Under the pieces are notes generated by a model. It was not told the origin of the DNA. It saw only the letters and a program-made list of their open reading frames with translations, and did no database searches. Position numbers and translations under genes: made by a program. A stretch of 64,000 bases of DNA from a virus: IMG/VR virus record IMGVR_UViG_3300030616_000002, positions 1 to 64,000 of that record; one strand, given 5' to 3'. Positions within the stretch are counted from its first letter, which is position 1. Each line of letters starts with the position of its first letter. Positions 22,952 through 30,941 of the stretch are shown piece by piece.

Positions 22952-23412
22952 TGAACGGCGACGCCGTAATCATCCGCTGCCAGAACTTGCGCACGCTGTA
23001 TCACTCGGAGCAGTTCTGGATGAGCGATGCGGCGATCCATGACGAATCAATGCGCGAGCTATCGGACCAGGCATACGGGGATGTTATCTGCGGGGGCTAC
23101 GGTCTCGGCCTATTGCAGCGGCACTTGACGAACAATCCCCGCGTGACCTCGGTAACCACGGTGGAGATCAACCCGGACGTGATCCGTGTGGTGTTGCTAG
23201 ACGATCAGTGGATCTGGGGCTCGGTGGTAATCGCGGACTTCCTCTCCTATCGGCCTGGCCGAAAGTGGGATTGCGTGATTGGAGATCTTTGGGCCGACGT
23301 GCCTAGCGATACGGAGTCGCTAGACGCGGAACTTTATCGCGGGTTTTTGGCGCGTGCTTCGGATCTAGTGAAGCCGGACGGCCGGGTGCTCGCGTGGAAC
23401 GGGAGTTGGTAG
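22951..23412 (+). CDS. class I SAM-dependent methyltransferase-like protein (spermidine-synthase-like fold, candidate)
   Basis: In frame with ORF 22669..23412, from ATG 22951. DVICGGYGLGLLQRHL ... VTTVEINPDV ... DCVIGDLW. Confidence 0.45.
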   Translation: MNGDAVIIRCQNLRTLYHSEQFWMSDAAIHDESMRELSDQAYGDVICGGYGLGLLQRHLTNNPRVTSVTTVEINPDVIRVVLLDDQWIWGSVVIADFLSYRPGRKWDCVIGDLWADVPSDTESLDAELYRGFLARASDLVKPDGRVLAWNGSW

Positions 23413-23413
23413 G

Positions 23414-23704
23414 ATGAAAAAAATCATTTGGGTTCAGTGGGTTGATGCCGAGATCGAAGATGAAAAGGTGTTGACCTTGGCGCAGGCCAAGAAGTTGAAA
23501 TGCCCTATCATCGAAACGGTCGGCTGGTTGGTTGACGACAACGGCGAGCGGACGATTCTCTGTGCCGATATAGACAGGTCCGATGACTGGCACAGGGGCA
23601 CCGTGGTTATTCCCAATGTATGTATCGTCGACCACCAGATTATCTCAATAGGCAGGCAAAGAAAGAAGGTCAGTAAGAAGCCGAGGCGAAGGCGGAAGGG
23701 ATAG
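23414..23704 (+). CDS. hypothetical protein with basic tail
   Basis: ORF track, 96 aa. Confidence 0.5.
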   Translation: MKKIIWVQWVDAEIEDEKVLTLAQAKKLKCPIIETVGWLVDDNGERTILCADIDRSDDWHRGTVVIPNVCIVDHQIISIGRQRKKVSKKPRRRRKG

Positions 23705-23710
23705 GGCGGC

Positions 23711-23806
23711 GTGACCGACTTCGGCGCGATAGCATTCGGCTTTGCCTTGGGTGCTCTCGTGGGGTTTTGCTCTGGGATCTGTATTGCCGCCGCGGTGCTA
23801 TCGTGA
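23711..23806 (+). CDS. hydrophobic micro-ORF (31 aa)
   Basis: Own translation: VTDFGAIAFGFALGALVGFCSGICIAAAVLS. Its stop overlaps GTG 23803 (GTGA). Confidence 0.3.
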   Translation: MTDFGAIAFGFALGALVGFCSGICIAAAVLS

Positions 23807-24144
23807 GCGATTACGATCCGCTGTTAGAAGAGGACTTGGATCTGTGGGAGCGGGAGTTTTCCGTATTCGAAGGGGGCCTGGGGTATTCGCAGCGGCACTT
23901 TGTCGGTCGGCTGATAGCTACGGTGCGGTTGGGTTTTGCGATCGAGCGGTATCGGGGTCGAATGCGGTGCAAGAATTGTGGTGCGTGGGATCGGGATAGT
24001 GGCCCGGGGCCGCTGGGCGGGGAGTGGCGGGAGTGCCAGAAGCTATGGCGGTACTTTCCTCCTTATTTCGGTTGTCCGTATTTCGAGGAGCGGGACGAAA
24101 AAAACCTTGCTTCTCGGCGCGGTTCTGGTAGTGTGGCTAGCTAG
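23803..24144 (+). CDS. hypothetical protein
   Basis: In frame with ORF 23767..24144. Start uncertain; GTG 23803 is coupled to the micro-ORF. Confidence 0.4.
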   Translation: MSDYDPLLEEDLDLWEREFSVFEGGLGYSQRHFVGRLIATVRLGFAIERYRGRMRCKNCGAWDRDSGPGPLGGEWRECQKLWRYFPPYFGCPYFEERDEKNLASRRGSGSVAS

Positions 24145-24158
24145 GCTAGGCGGGCTAG
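24098..24158 (+). promoter_or_regulatory. candidate promoter D with CTAG-box
   Basis: AAAAAAACC TTGCTT (24107-24112), 16 nt spacer, TAGTGT (24129-24134), then GGCTAGCTAGGCTAGGCGGGCTAG (24135-24158). Confidence 0.4.
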
Positions 24159-24311
24159 ACGGGAGGCACGAGACGATTACGGATCTCGCTTGGCACGTGG
24201 CTTCTCTCTTTAGAGCCGAGCCCATGTGCTGGTCTTTAGTGAGTCCGGATCTTAAGACGCGAATCGGGTACGAGTGGATCGGAGAGAAGAGAGGGAGCAA
24301 GGGGAGCAATC

Positions 24312-24461
24312 ATGGCTACAGGTAGCAAGGATGGATCGGGCAAGGGCAAGGGGCGTCCTGGCGGCGGCGGTCGGAACCGGAACAAGGGTCCGGGGACTCG
24401 CGGCGGCCCCGGTTACGGGAAGGGCGGTGGTCGCGGGAAGGGCCAGGGGCGGGGCAAGTAG
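24312..24461 (+). CDS. Gly/Arg/Lys-rich small basic protein (49 aa)
   Basis: Own translation: MATGSKDGSGKGKGRPGGGGRNRNKGPGTRGGPGYGKGGGRGKGQGRGK. AGGGGAG lies upstream. It is the first ORF after promoter D and is too short for the ORF track. Confidence 0.4.
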   Translation: MATGSKDGSGKGKGRPGGGGRNRNKGPGTRGGPGYGKGGGRGKGQGRGK

Positions 24462-24510
24462 CCCTGTTCTCCCCTAGAGAGCGTGCGCTAGAAGGGGCGA
24501 GGAGGCGAAG

Positions 24511-24795
24511 GTGATAAGGGCGAAGCTGTTTGATTTGATCGCATCGCCCCTGCTGAGCCTTGGGCAAGTTGTAATCTTGGCTGGGCACGAGGCGCCCTCT
24601 GCTTGGATAATGCGGTGTCAACCATTGCCCGGATTGCCGCCGCCCCCGCCGAGGAAGCCAGAGCCCGGACCGATTGTCTGCACGCTGCGCGGCGACGATG
24701 GAAAAGAAGTTGAGATTCGTGCGGGCGACATCGTGTGCGTTCACCCGGATCACTTGGATGCGATACAGCGAATGATCGAGGAGGAGGCCCCATGA
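24511..24795 (+). CDS. hypothetical protein
   Basis: ORF track, 94 aa. GGAGGCGAAG precedes the GTG. Confidence 0.45.
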   Translation: MIRAKLFDLIASPLLSLGQVVILAGHEAPSAWIMRCQPLPGLPPPPPRKPEPGPIVCTLRGDDGKEVEIRAGDIVCVHPDHLDAIQRMIEEEAP

Positions 24796-25034
24796 ACCGC
24801 CGTGACTTCGTACGAGCGCTAGGGGTCGGCGCTGCTGCTGCCCTTCTCCCCTGTAAGCCGAGCGAACAGAGCGGCGGGTGGGTCGCGCTGATATCTGACA
24901 ACCATATGGGGCGAGTTGCGGGGTCGAGCCACAACTGCCGATTTGACTACAGCCGCTATGTCTATTTGCGTTTTACCTCTCGCTGTGAGGTGTTCAGGAC
25001 TCGGCGGGACGGGACGTGGGAGAGGGTGCAATGA
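24792..25034 (+). CDS. small predicted Tat-signal lipoprotein
   Basis: In frame with ORF 24735..25034, from ATG 24792 (ATGA overlap). MNRRDFVRALGVGAAAALLPC has a twin-Arg motif plus a lipobox-like LLPC. Confidence 0.45.
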   Translation: MNRRDFVRALGVGAAAALLPCKPSEQSGGWVALISDNHMGRVAGSSHNCRFDYSRYVYLRFTSRCEVFRTRRDGTWERVQ

Positions 25035-25140
25035 ACAAGGTCACGGGTCAAGTTGGAGCCGGTGCGATGAGTGTGCGGGGCTCGCAGGCACAGGGAGAGC
25101 CTTGTGGTAGGCGTTCGAGATCATGCGGAGCAGACCCCGA

Positions 25141-25152
25141 TGCAAATTTGCA
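25141..25152. promoter_or_regulatory. perfect 12-bp palindrome TGCAAATTTGCA (copy 3 of 5)
   Basis: Read directly; 28 nt upstream of GTG 25180. Confidence 0.65.
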
Positions 25153-25179
25153 TAGCGGTAAAAAGCAAGGTGGTGGTGA

Positions 25180-25692
25180 GTGAAGTTCAAGCCCGGCGAC
25201 ATCGTCAAGGCGCTGCGAGATAGCGAGCGCTATTTGCACTTAATGGTTACTCCCGCGGGCAGCCTGGGGTTAATCACTGGCGCTTTTGTGGACTCATGGA
25301 GCGGGAGGCAGAAGTATTGGATTGACTTCGACCACGTGCGCGTAAACATGATTGAGAGCAATCTTGTAGCTGCTACGCCGGCCGAGGCATTAGCGTTTCG
25401 AGAGCGTGGGTCGTTTGCTCTGAACGGGCATGTAGAGAAGCGCGCCTATACGCTAGAGAATACGTATTGTGATTACGGCCACATGAGCAATCCTAGCGAG
25501 CACTACGGCGAGAGGGAGAACCCGCACGTTCGGCTTGCGCGGATGATGGGCCAGCCGACCTGGGGAAATGTGCACGACGCGCTCAATGCGGGGCGTCCGA
25601 GTCCGGATAAGCGCGACTGGTCAAAGAGCAACCGCGAGGTCATGGTTGCGTATCTTCGCCAGCGGGCTAGCAAGGCAAGGGAGGGAGCATGA
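25180..25692 (+). CDS. hypothetical protein
   Basis: ORF track, 170 aa. Confidence 0.55.
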   Translation: MKFKPGDIVKALRDSERYLHLMVTPAGSLGLITGAFVDSWSGRQKYWIDFDHVRVNMIESNLVAATPAEALAFRERGSFALNGHVEKRAYTLENTYCDYGHMSNPSEHYGERENPHVRLARMMGQPTWGNVHDALNAGRPSPDKRDWSKSNREVMVAYLRQRASKAREGA

Positions 25693-26348
25693 GGTACTCC
25701 AAGGAGATACCTGACAAGGACGGAATCTACCCTGTCCGGTACGCGGCAGGAGAGGGTGAATTCATCTATGCCGTGGCAACTAGACCTCGTTCTGGGATAG
25801 TGACGCTGCTCCACCTGGACGGCGTGCGCCAGACGCTCAACGAATGGGCGGTTGAGTGGGGGCCGGCGATAGAGTTCAGGGAGACGCAGCATATATGCCT
25901 AGAGTGCGTAGAGCCGTGGCGGGTAGATATGGGCGGAGAGAATCCGTGTCGTTACTGGACCGACGACGATGTGGACGGAGATAGTCCTGCCTGCGAGAGG
26001 TTCAGACAGAATGGAGCAGCGGTGGGATCTTGCGTTACTCCCGATGGAGACGACTTCGCCACCCGCGAGTATGTGGACGAGGGTACGAAGGCGCTAGAGC
26101 AGCGTATGATCCGCGAGCGCGTGCACAAGGAAGTCTGCGGCGATACGCGGCTTGAGGTAGCGCAGCGGCTAGAGAAGTTAGAGCAGATTGTCGGGAGGTT
26201 GTCTGGCCATACGCACCCGGCGAGTGTGAGTGTCGGCGCTATCCCGGATCAGATCAGGCTTGTATCGGTAGGGCCGCCGAGGGCTGCAGACGAGGGCCTC
26301 ACGCCAGCCCGGGGTGCGGGGTGGTTTCTAATCACCCCAGATTTCTGA
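25689..26348 (+). CDS. hypothetical protein
   Basis: ORF track, 219 aa; ATGA overlap. Confidence 0.55.
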   Translation: MRYSKEIPDKDGIYPVRYAAGEGEFIYAVATRPRSGIVTLLHLDGVRQTLNEWAVEWGPAIEFRETQHICLECVEPWRVDMGGENPCRYWTDDDVDGDSPACERFRQNGAAVGSCVTPDGDDFATREYVDEGTKALEQRMIRERVHKEVCGDTRLEVAQRLEKLEQIVGRLSGHTHPASVSVGAIPDQIRLVSVGPPRAADEGLTPARGAGWFLITPDF

Positions 26349-26485
26349 TGAGCGTTGCTGCCCTCGTCGGCTCGCCATGTTCTTCGTGCCCTTGTGGTAT
26401 GGGCTCGTCGGGCGTAGTGGTAGCGCAAAAAGCCGGCCGCATGCCTACGAGGGAGACTATCAGAATTGAAGGGGTGGGCGCATGA
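26348..26485 (+). CDS. micro-ORF (45 aa, Cys-rich)
   Basis: Own translation: MSVAALVGSPCSSCPCGMGSSGVVVAQKAGRMPTRETIRIEGVGA. Stop-start overlaps at both ends. Confidence 0.3.
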   Translation: MSVAALVGSPCSSCPCGMGSSGVVVAQKAGRMPTRETIRIEGVGA

Positions 26486-26637
26486 GCGAGTATTGCAGTG
26501 GCTGCAAGGAGCGGCGGGAAGAGGTTGAGCGGCTGCGAGCGGAGCGGCCTTCGTCCGGGCCCGAAGTGCAGAGAGAGCCTTGCGGTATGAGTTCGGACGG
26601 CAACGAGGCACCGCAAAAATCCGGCCGGGAGGACTAG
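26482..26637 (+). CDS. micro-ORF (51 aa)
   Basis: Own translation: MSEYCSGCKERREEVERLRAERPSSGPEVQREPCGMSSDGNEAPQKSGRED. ATGA overlap with the preceding micro-ORF. Confidence 0.35.
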   Translation: MSEYCSGCKERREEVERLRAERPSSGPEVQREPCGMSSDGNEAPQKSGRED

Positions 26638-26641
26638 CATC

Positions 26642-26995
26642 ATGAGCACAGAGATCCGGTCTCCCAATTTGCATGGAGATATCAAGTCTCGGCTGGCTGC
26701 CTCGTTCGGCCCGATAGGTCTCCGCTGGGACCGGGAGCGGTTCGCGTTGATGGTAGAGGTGGGGCGGACGGTTGGCCGTTTTGACTGGCAAGCGCTGTCT
26801 GATATGGCGCGGTACTGGCCGGGCGAGTTTGAAACCATCATAGCCGTAACAGTAGATCACGAGAACCGGATTCGCGGGGAGGCAGAGGAGCTACACTTGC
26901 GGGTTGACGGTGAACGTATCACGGCGGCCGCAGAGTGGATCAGGGGGGAAGTGTTGCCAGTAGCTAGACGACCACTGGCCCAAAGCGGACAATAA
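26642..26995 (+). CDS. hypothetical protein
   Basis: ORF track, 117 aa. Confidence 0.5.
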   Translation: MSTEIRSPNLHGDIKSRLAASFGPIGLRWDRERFALMVEVGRTVGRFDWQALSDMARYWPGEFETIIAVTVDHENRIRGEAEELHLRVDGERITAAAEWIRGEVLPVARRPLAQSGQ

Positions 26996-27032
26996 CCGGA
27001 CGGAAAGCGGACACAGAGAGAAGGAGCATGAG

Positions 27033-27473
27033 ATGAAAGAAAATTCCACACTGCTATTAATTGAAGTCAGTTCAGAATATGGTGGCACATACGTAGATGA
27101 GTCGGAGATCGATGATGTGATTCGAGTAATTAGTTGTATTCGCGGAGTGGGAGACGTCTCCCGCGTCGGCATAGATATTACCGCAGAGGTCGAAAGAAGG
27201 CTATCTGCTGCCGGACTGTTTGACCTTTTGCCAGGAGAACCGCCAGTTATGAGTAGGTATGATGAGGGAACGCCCAGGCAGTTCATCTTGTCGCTACAAG
27301 CGCTGTCTTTGGTGGGGCTTCTCTGCTCGGATTTGAATTTGTCTGATCCATTGAGCGAAGATAATAGGGGGGCAGTAAGCGAAGTATTTTGTAGGTGTAG
27401 GGAGTGGTATGTTGCGGCGAAAAGCAAACAGCGCAAGCGAGCGGAGGAGGGCGTCGGCAATGGCAAGCATTGA
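27033..27473 (+). CDS. hypothetical protein (AT-richer island)
   Basis: ORF track, 146 aa. Visibly lower GC than the flanks. Confidence 0.5.
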   Translation: MKENSTLLLIEVSSEYGGTYVDESEIDDVIRVISCIRGVGDVSRVGIDITAEVERRLSAAGLFDLLPGEPPVMSRYDEGTPRQFILSLQALSLVGLLCSDLNLSDPLSEDNRGAVSEVFCRCREWYVAAKSKQRKRAEEGVGNGKH

Positions 27474-27642
27474 CATGGTGCCCAAGAGTTTCCAGGACAC
27501 ACACAAGCGGGCGATGTGGGGGCGCAGCCGCAAGATGGCGATCTTCGCGTTCTGTGCCGAGTGTATGGGGTGGGAGACCAACGCACAGCGCGGCAAGGGA
27601 AACACGAAAGGAAACGCAAGGGAAACATGGCTCGAAAGGTAA
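27460..27642 (+). CDS. small hypothetical protein (CxxC)
   Basis: In frame with ORF 27409..27642, from ATG 27460. KMAIFAFCAECMGW. Confidence 0.35.
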   Translation: MASIDMVPKSFQDTHKRAMWGRSRKMAIFAFCAECMGWETNAQRGKGNTKGNARETWLER

Positions 27643-28448
27643 CAACAACGCCGGAAACGGAAACAGAGATCAGGCGGCTAGCCGCCGGCGGCAAGACATA
27701 CCGAGAACTGTCAAAGATGTTTGGCGTCTCGACCAAGGTGATCGGACGCGTGCTCAAAGCCAAAGAGCCCCACGCGCGCGCGCACGAGGGGGGTATGCAC
27801 GTGCGTAAGAACACAACCCCGCCAGCGCGGGGCACGGCGGCGGGGATTATCAAAACGTGGGCGGAGGTCGGGAGCCAAACACGAACGGCAGAACTGCATG
27901 ATGTCTCGCGGTGGGTGGTGCGCAGGGTATTATCCGATCCAAAGAACAAGAGTGCAGTTGAGAGCGCCAAGCGCAGCGCGGAAGAGCAGGTCGCAGAGAT
28001 TATTGATGATGCGTTGGATCGGGCCGAGGTCGAGCATGTAAAAGAAAACATTGCACCTGTTTTGCAGATTAACCGCAAGGATGAATTAGACAAGAGTTTG
28101 GATGCGATTCGGATTGTAGAGGGATGCAATCTCATGGCGCTCAAGGCGCTATACCGGGAGGCGATAGATCCGGATACGGGAAAGATTGCTGATAGGGATG
28201 CCCTGGCTCTTATGTGGGGAAAGAATAGCGGGAAGGTAGTTCTTGATGCGGTTAGCGCTCGTGACAGGGTGGTCAACAGAAGATCTGTTCCGACGATGCA
28301 TTTCAATACATTCGTAGCGCGGGTTGCAAACGGGCTTGCTGAAAGAATCAAGGACCCGGATGTCAAGGTTTCGGTTCTTACTATGCTTAACGCGCAGTTA
28401 GCAGAAATGAAGATGGCAATCAGGCAGGGGCGAGAAGCAGAGCAATAG
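27627..28448 (+). CDS. terminase small subunit (candidate; two HTH-like segments)
   Basis: In frame with ORF 27516..28448, from ATG 27627. TYRELSKMFGVSTKVIGRVL and TAELHDVSRWVVRRVL are HTH-like. Sits immediately upstream of the large terminase. Confidence 0.55.
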   Translation: MARKVTTTPETETEIRRLAAGGKTYRELSKMFGVSTKVIGRVLKAKEPHARAHEGGMHVRKNTTPPARGTAAGIIKTWAEVGSQTRTAELHDVSRWVVRRVLSDPKNKSAVESAKRSAEEQVAEIIDDALDRAEVEHVKENIAPVLQINRKDELDKSLDAIRIVEGCNLMALKALYREAIDPDTGKIADRDALALMWGKNSGKVVLDAVSARDRVVNRRSVPTMHFNTFVARVANGLAERIKDPDVKVSVLTMLNAQLAEMKMAIRQGREAEQ

Positions 28449-28451
28449 GGC

Positions 28452-30722
28452 ATGTCACAGAAAACGGCGGATGAGGCCATAAGCGCTGCGGAAGCGCTGG
28501 TGCGAGACATGATAGCTGGCGTTGAGCGCACTCGCGGCGGCGGGGAGTTGGGCGAGGAGCGTCGCAAGAACTTTGATTCAATCCTTCGATTTGCAAAAAA
28601 AGCGTTCCCGCACTGGGTGCCGGCGAGCTTCTCTGATTTGCATCGGCATCTAGACTTTGTCGGGCGCATGATCGCGCTCGGCGGGGGCGGTGCGAAGCGT
28701 GTTACCCTGGCCCCTCGCGGCAACGCGAAGTCAACTATCGTCTCCAAGATCTATACGATGTGGGCGATTGCTCACCAGGAGGAGATTTTCAACGAGTCGG
28801 GTCGACGGATCGATTGTATTATTCTGTTGAGCTATGCCCTCGCGCTGCCCGTTAGCTTCATGCTCGATATCAGGCGCGAACTAGAGAGCAATGATTATTT
28901 GCAGGAGTACTATCCCGAGATCTGCGGGCAGGGGGACCGCTGGACGGAGCGGCACATACGCACGCGCAACGGCGTGCACGTGGGCGCGGGCTCGACGGGC
29001 GGCAGTATCCGCGGATTCATCAAAGAGGCGTCTAGGCCGAAGCTGGTTATCTGTGACGATCTAGAGTCAATGGAGCATGCGCAAACTATCGGGCAGAGAG
29101 ACAAGGCCGAGAAGTGGTTGGATGAGGACGTGATACACGCGTCCGCTGCCGATGCGGACGTATGGGTTGTCGGGACGTTGGTGCACAGGGATTCGCTGCT
29201 CGCGCGGTTGGCCAAGGGCAACTGGGACGAGTCTCGATTCGAGGCGGTAATTCGGTGGGCAGACAACCAGGATATCTGGGACGAGTGGCGCGAGATCTAC
29301 CTTGATAAAGAGGGGGAGTTAGCGGACTCGCAGATCTACGCGGATACGCTGTGGAAGGCTACGGGCACCTGGCTCCGGGCCGAGGCGGCGAAGGGCGGAG
29401 AGATCGAGCAGATCGCATGGCCCCTGCTGCCCCGGTTCGAGGAAGACTGGGGCCGGGTTGTTGGCGAAAAGCCGAAGCGGCGGATGGCGCTTCGCAATTC
29501 TTTGATCAGTGCTTTGAACTTCTGCCGCAACTTTAGCGTTGAGATAGAGCGGGGCGATTTCTCGGAGGTCGTTGACTTCTGGGAGCGCTGCGTGTTCGAG
29601 CCGATCCGAGAGATCAAGGGCCGCAAGTCAAAGGCGTGGGAGTTCTTTCAAGAGCACAAGAGGGAGATGCTGGCCGGAACAATGGTGCTCTGGCCGGAGG
29701 TCGAGCCCTACTACAAGCTCATGTGCCAGAAGGCGGACACCCGGCGGGTAGCCTCGTGGTTCCAGGAGAAGCAGAACAAGATTCTCGCATCCGAGGACGC
29801 GGTATTCGGAAAGAACGTATGGACGTTCTGGGAGGCACCGAAGAACCCGGGGCCCCGCAATATGCTAGACACCATCATGGCGGACGCTGCGCAGCAGCGA
29901 TCGCAGGGGCACAAGTTAGACCTCGTTCTATTCATGGCCCTTGATCCGAGCATGGGCAAGGAATCCAAAAAGCATGACCCTGCGGCGATCGGGATCGTAG
30001 CCCGCATGCCTAACGGCCGCTGGCGGATCGTATGGGCTTTTATCCGTAGGGACAAGCCCAGCGCTATGTTTACGAGGCTATTGGATTACCAGCGGATCTA
30101 CAAGTGCAAGGTCGTTGTTATCGAGGCCAACCAGTTTCAGGAGTTATACGCAGACCAGATCGGCGATGCCGCGAGGGTTCTCGGCGAGCCGCTGCCGTAC
30201 AAGAAAAAGAAGAACCTAGAGAAGAAAGAGCTTCGGATCATGGGCCTTGAGCCCCACGTGGCGGCTGGTAATATTGAGTATCCGGCGCGCATAGTAGGAG
30301 ACGGAGAGCGGCAGGAGGCGATACCCGCGCTCCCCACCCTCTGGGAGCACTTCTCCTGCTTCGGCGAGACCGATGTACACGACGACGGGCCAGACGTAAT
30401 CGAGATGGCGTTTAGCGGCGGCATGAAGTGGCTTGAGGGCGTGCCCCTGCTGGCCGAGACCGAGTACGTGGGCGACGGGGTACTGGATGACATGGAGGCC
30501 GTTGTATTCGAGGATCCCAAAGACGCCGAGTGCCCGCATTGCGGGGCGCGCTTGATCGAGGGCTCGTATGTCTGCACTGAGTGCGAGCTGGAGATCGAGG
30601 GCGGGGCGAAGATTCCCGGGCCTTACCGGGATCCGGCCGAGGAAGAACGGCAAAAAGCAAGACAGGCTAGAGCGCGCAAGATGAGCATGATACAAAAAGC
30701 ACTCCTGGGTAAGTTCCGGTAA
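28452..30722 (+). CDS. terminase large subunit
   Basis: 756 aa. LAPRGNAKST (Walker A-like), LVICDDLES (Walker B-like), and a C-terminal RNaseH-like nuclease part (ALDPSMGK...VVVIEANQFQ...DDGPD). Confidence 0.85.
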   Translation: MSQKTADEAISAAEALVRDMIAGVERTRGGGELGEERRKNFDSILRFAKKAFPHWVPASFSDLHRHLDFVGRMIALGGGGAKRVTLAPRGNAKSTIVSKIYTMWAIAHQEEIFNESGRRIDCIILLSYALALPVSFMLDIRRELESNDYLQEYYPEICGQGDRWTERHIRTRNGVHVGAGSTGGSIRGFIKEASRPKLVICDDLESMEHAQTIGQRDKAEKWLDEDVIHASAADADVWVVGTLVHRDSLLARLAKGNWDESRFEAVIRWADNQDIWDEWREIYLDKEGELADSQIYADTLWKATGTWLRAEAAKGGEIEQIAWPLLPRFEEDWGRVVGEKPKRRMALRNSLISALNFCRNFSVEIERGDFSEVVDFWERCVFEPIREIKGRKSKAWEFFQEHKREMLAGTMVLWPEVEPYYKLMCQKADTRRVASWFQEKQNKILASEDAVFGKNVWTFWEAPKNPGPRNMLDTIMADAAQQRSQGHKLDLVLFMALDPSMGKESKKHDPAAIGIVARMPNGRWRIVWAFIRRDKPSAMFTRLLDYQRIYKCKVVVIEANQFQELYADQIGDAARVLGEPLPYKKKKNLEKKELRIMGLEPHVAAGNIEYPARIVGDGERQEAIPALPTLWEHFSCFGETDVHDDGPDVIEMAFSGGMKWLEGVPLLAETEYVGDGVLDDMEAVVFEDPKDAECPHCGARLIEGSYVCTECELEIEGGAKIPGPYRDPAEEERQKARQARARKMSMIQKALLGKFR

Positions 30723-30774
30723 CGTAAAAACGGCGATACGGAAACAACCCGCACCCTGGCGCGGTAATAGGTGC
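30719..30774 (+). promoter_or_regulatory. repeated intergenic element, copy 1 (GTAACGTAAAAAC..CGGAAACAACCCGCA..GCGGTA)
   Basis: About 80 percent identical by eye to 50658-50715. Follows the terminase stop and precedes the portal gene. Confidence 0.6.
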
Positions 30775-30811
30775 AAGGGTCGCGCGTGTCGCCCGCATCC
30801 ACCGTGGCCCC

Positions 30812-30860
30812 GCGGGTCGCGGTTGGATCGTCCTCCCCGGCCGCGACCCGCTCCTTTTAT
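30812..30860 (+). terminator. candidate hairpin terminator/attenuator
   Basis: GCGGGTCGCGG (30812-30822) pairs perfectly with CCGCGACCCGC (30841-30851), with an 18-nt loop, followed by TCCTTTTAT. Confidence 0.4.
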
Positions 30861-30941
30861 CCTCTACTAATAGTAAGGGGACCCACAAAGGCTTCGGACG
30901 CTGAGCCAGATCAGCGTCTGATCTACTGTACGGGAGAACAC

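Noticed and set aside
26891-28747. 618-aa minus-strand ORF.
   Set aside because: It lies antisense to the small and large terminase genes, which carry clear motifs. The translation is Ser/Arg/Ala-rich with no recognisable domain.
30771-30941. GTG 30771 as the portal start (as in the ORF track).
   Set aside because: The first ~57 codons would cover the tail of the repeated intergenic element (its body, 30719-30770, lies upstream of this GTG), the 11-bp hairpin and low-complexity sequence. A GGGAG-led TTG at 30942 or ATG 31053 is more plausible. This remains unresolved without proteomics.
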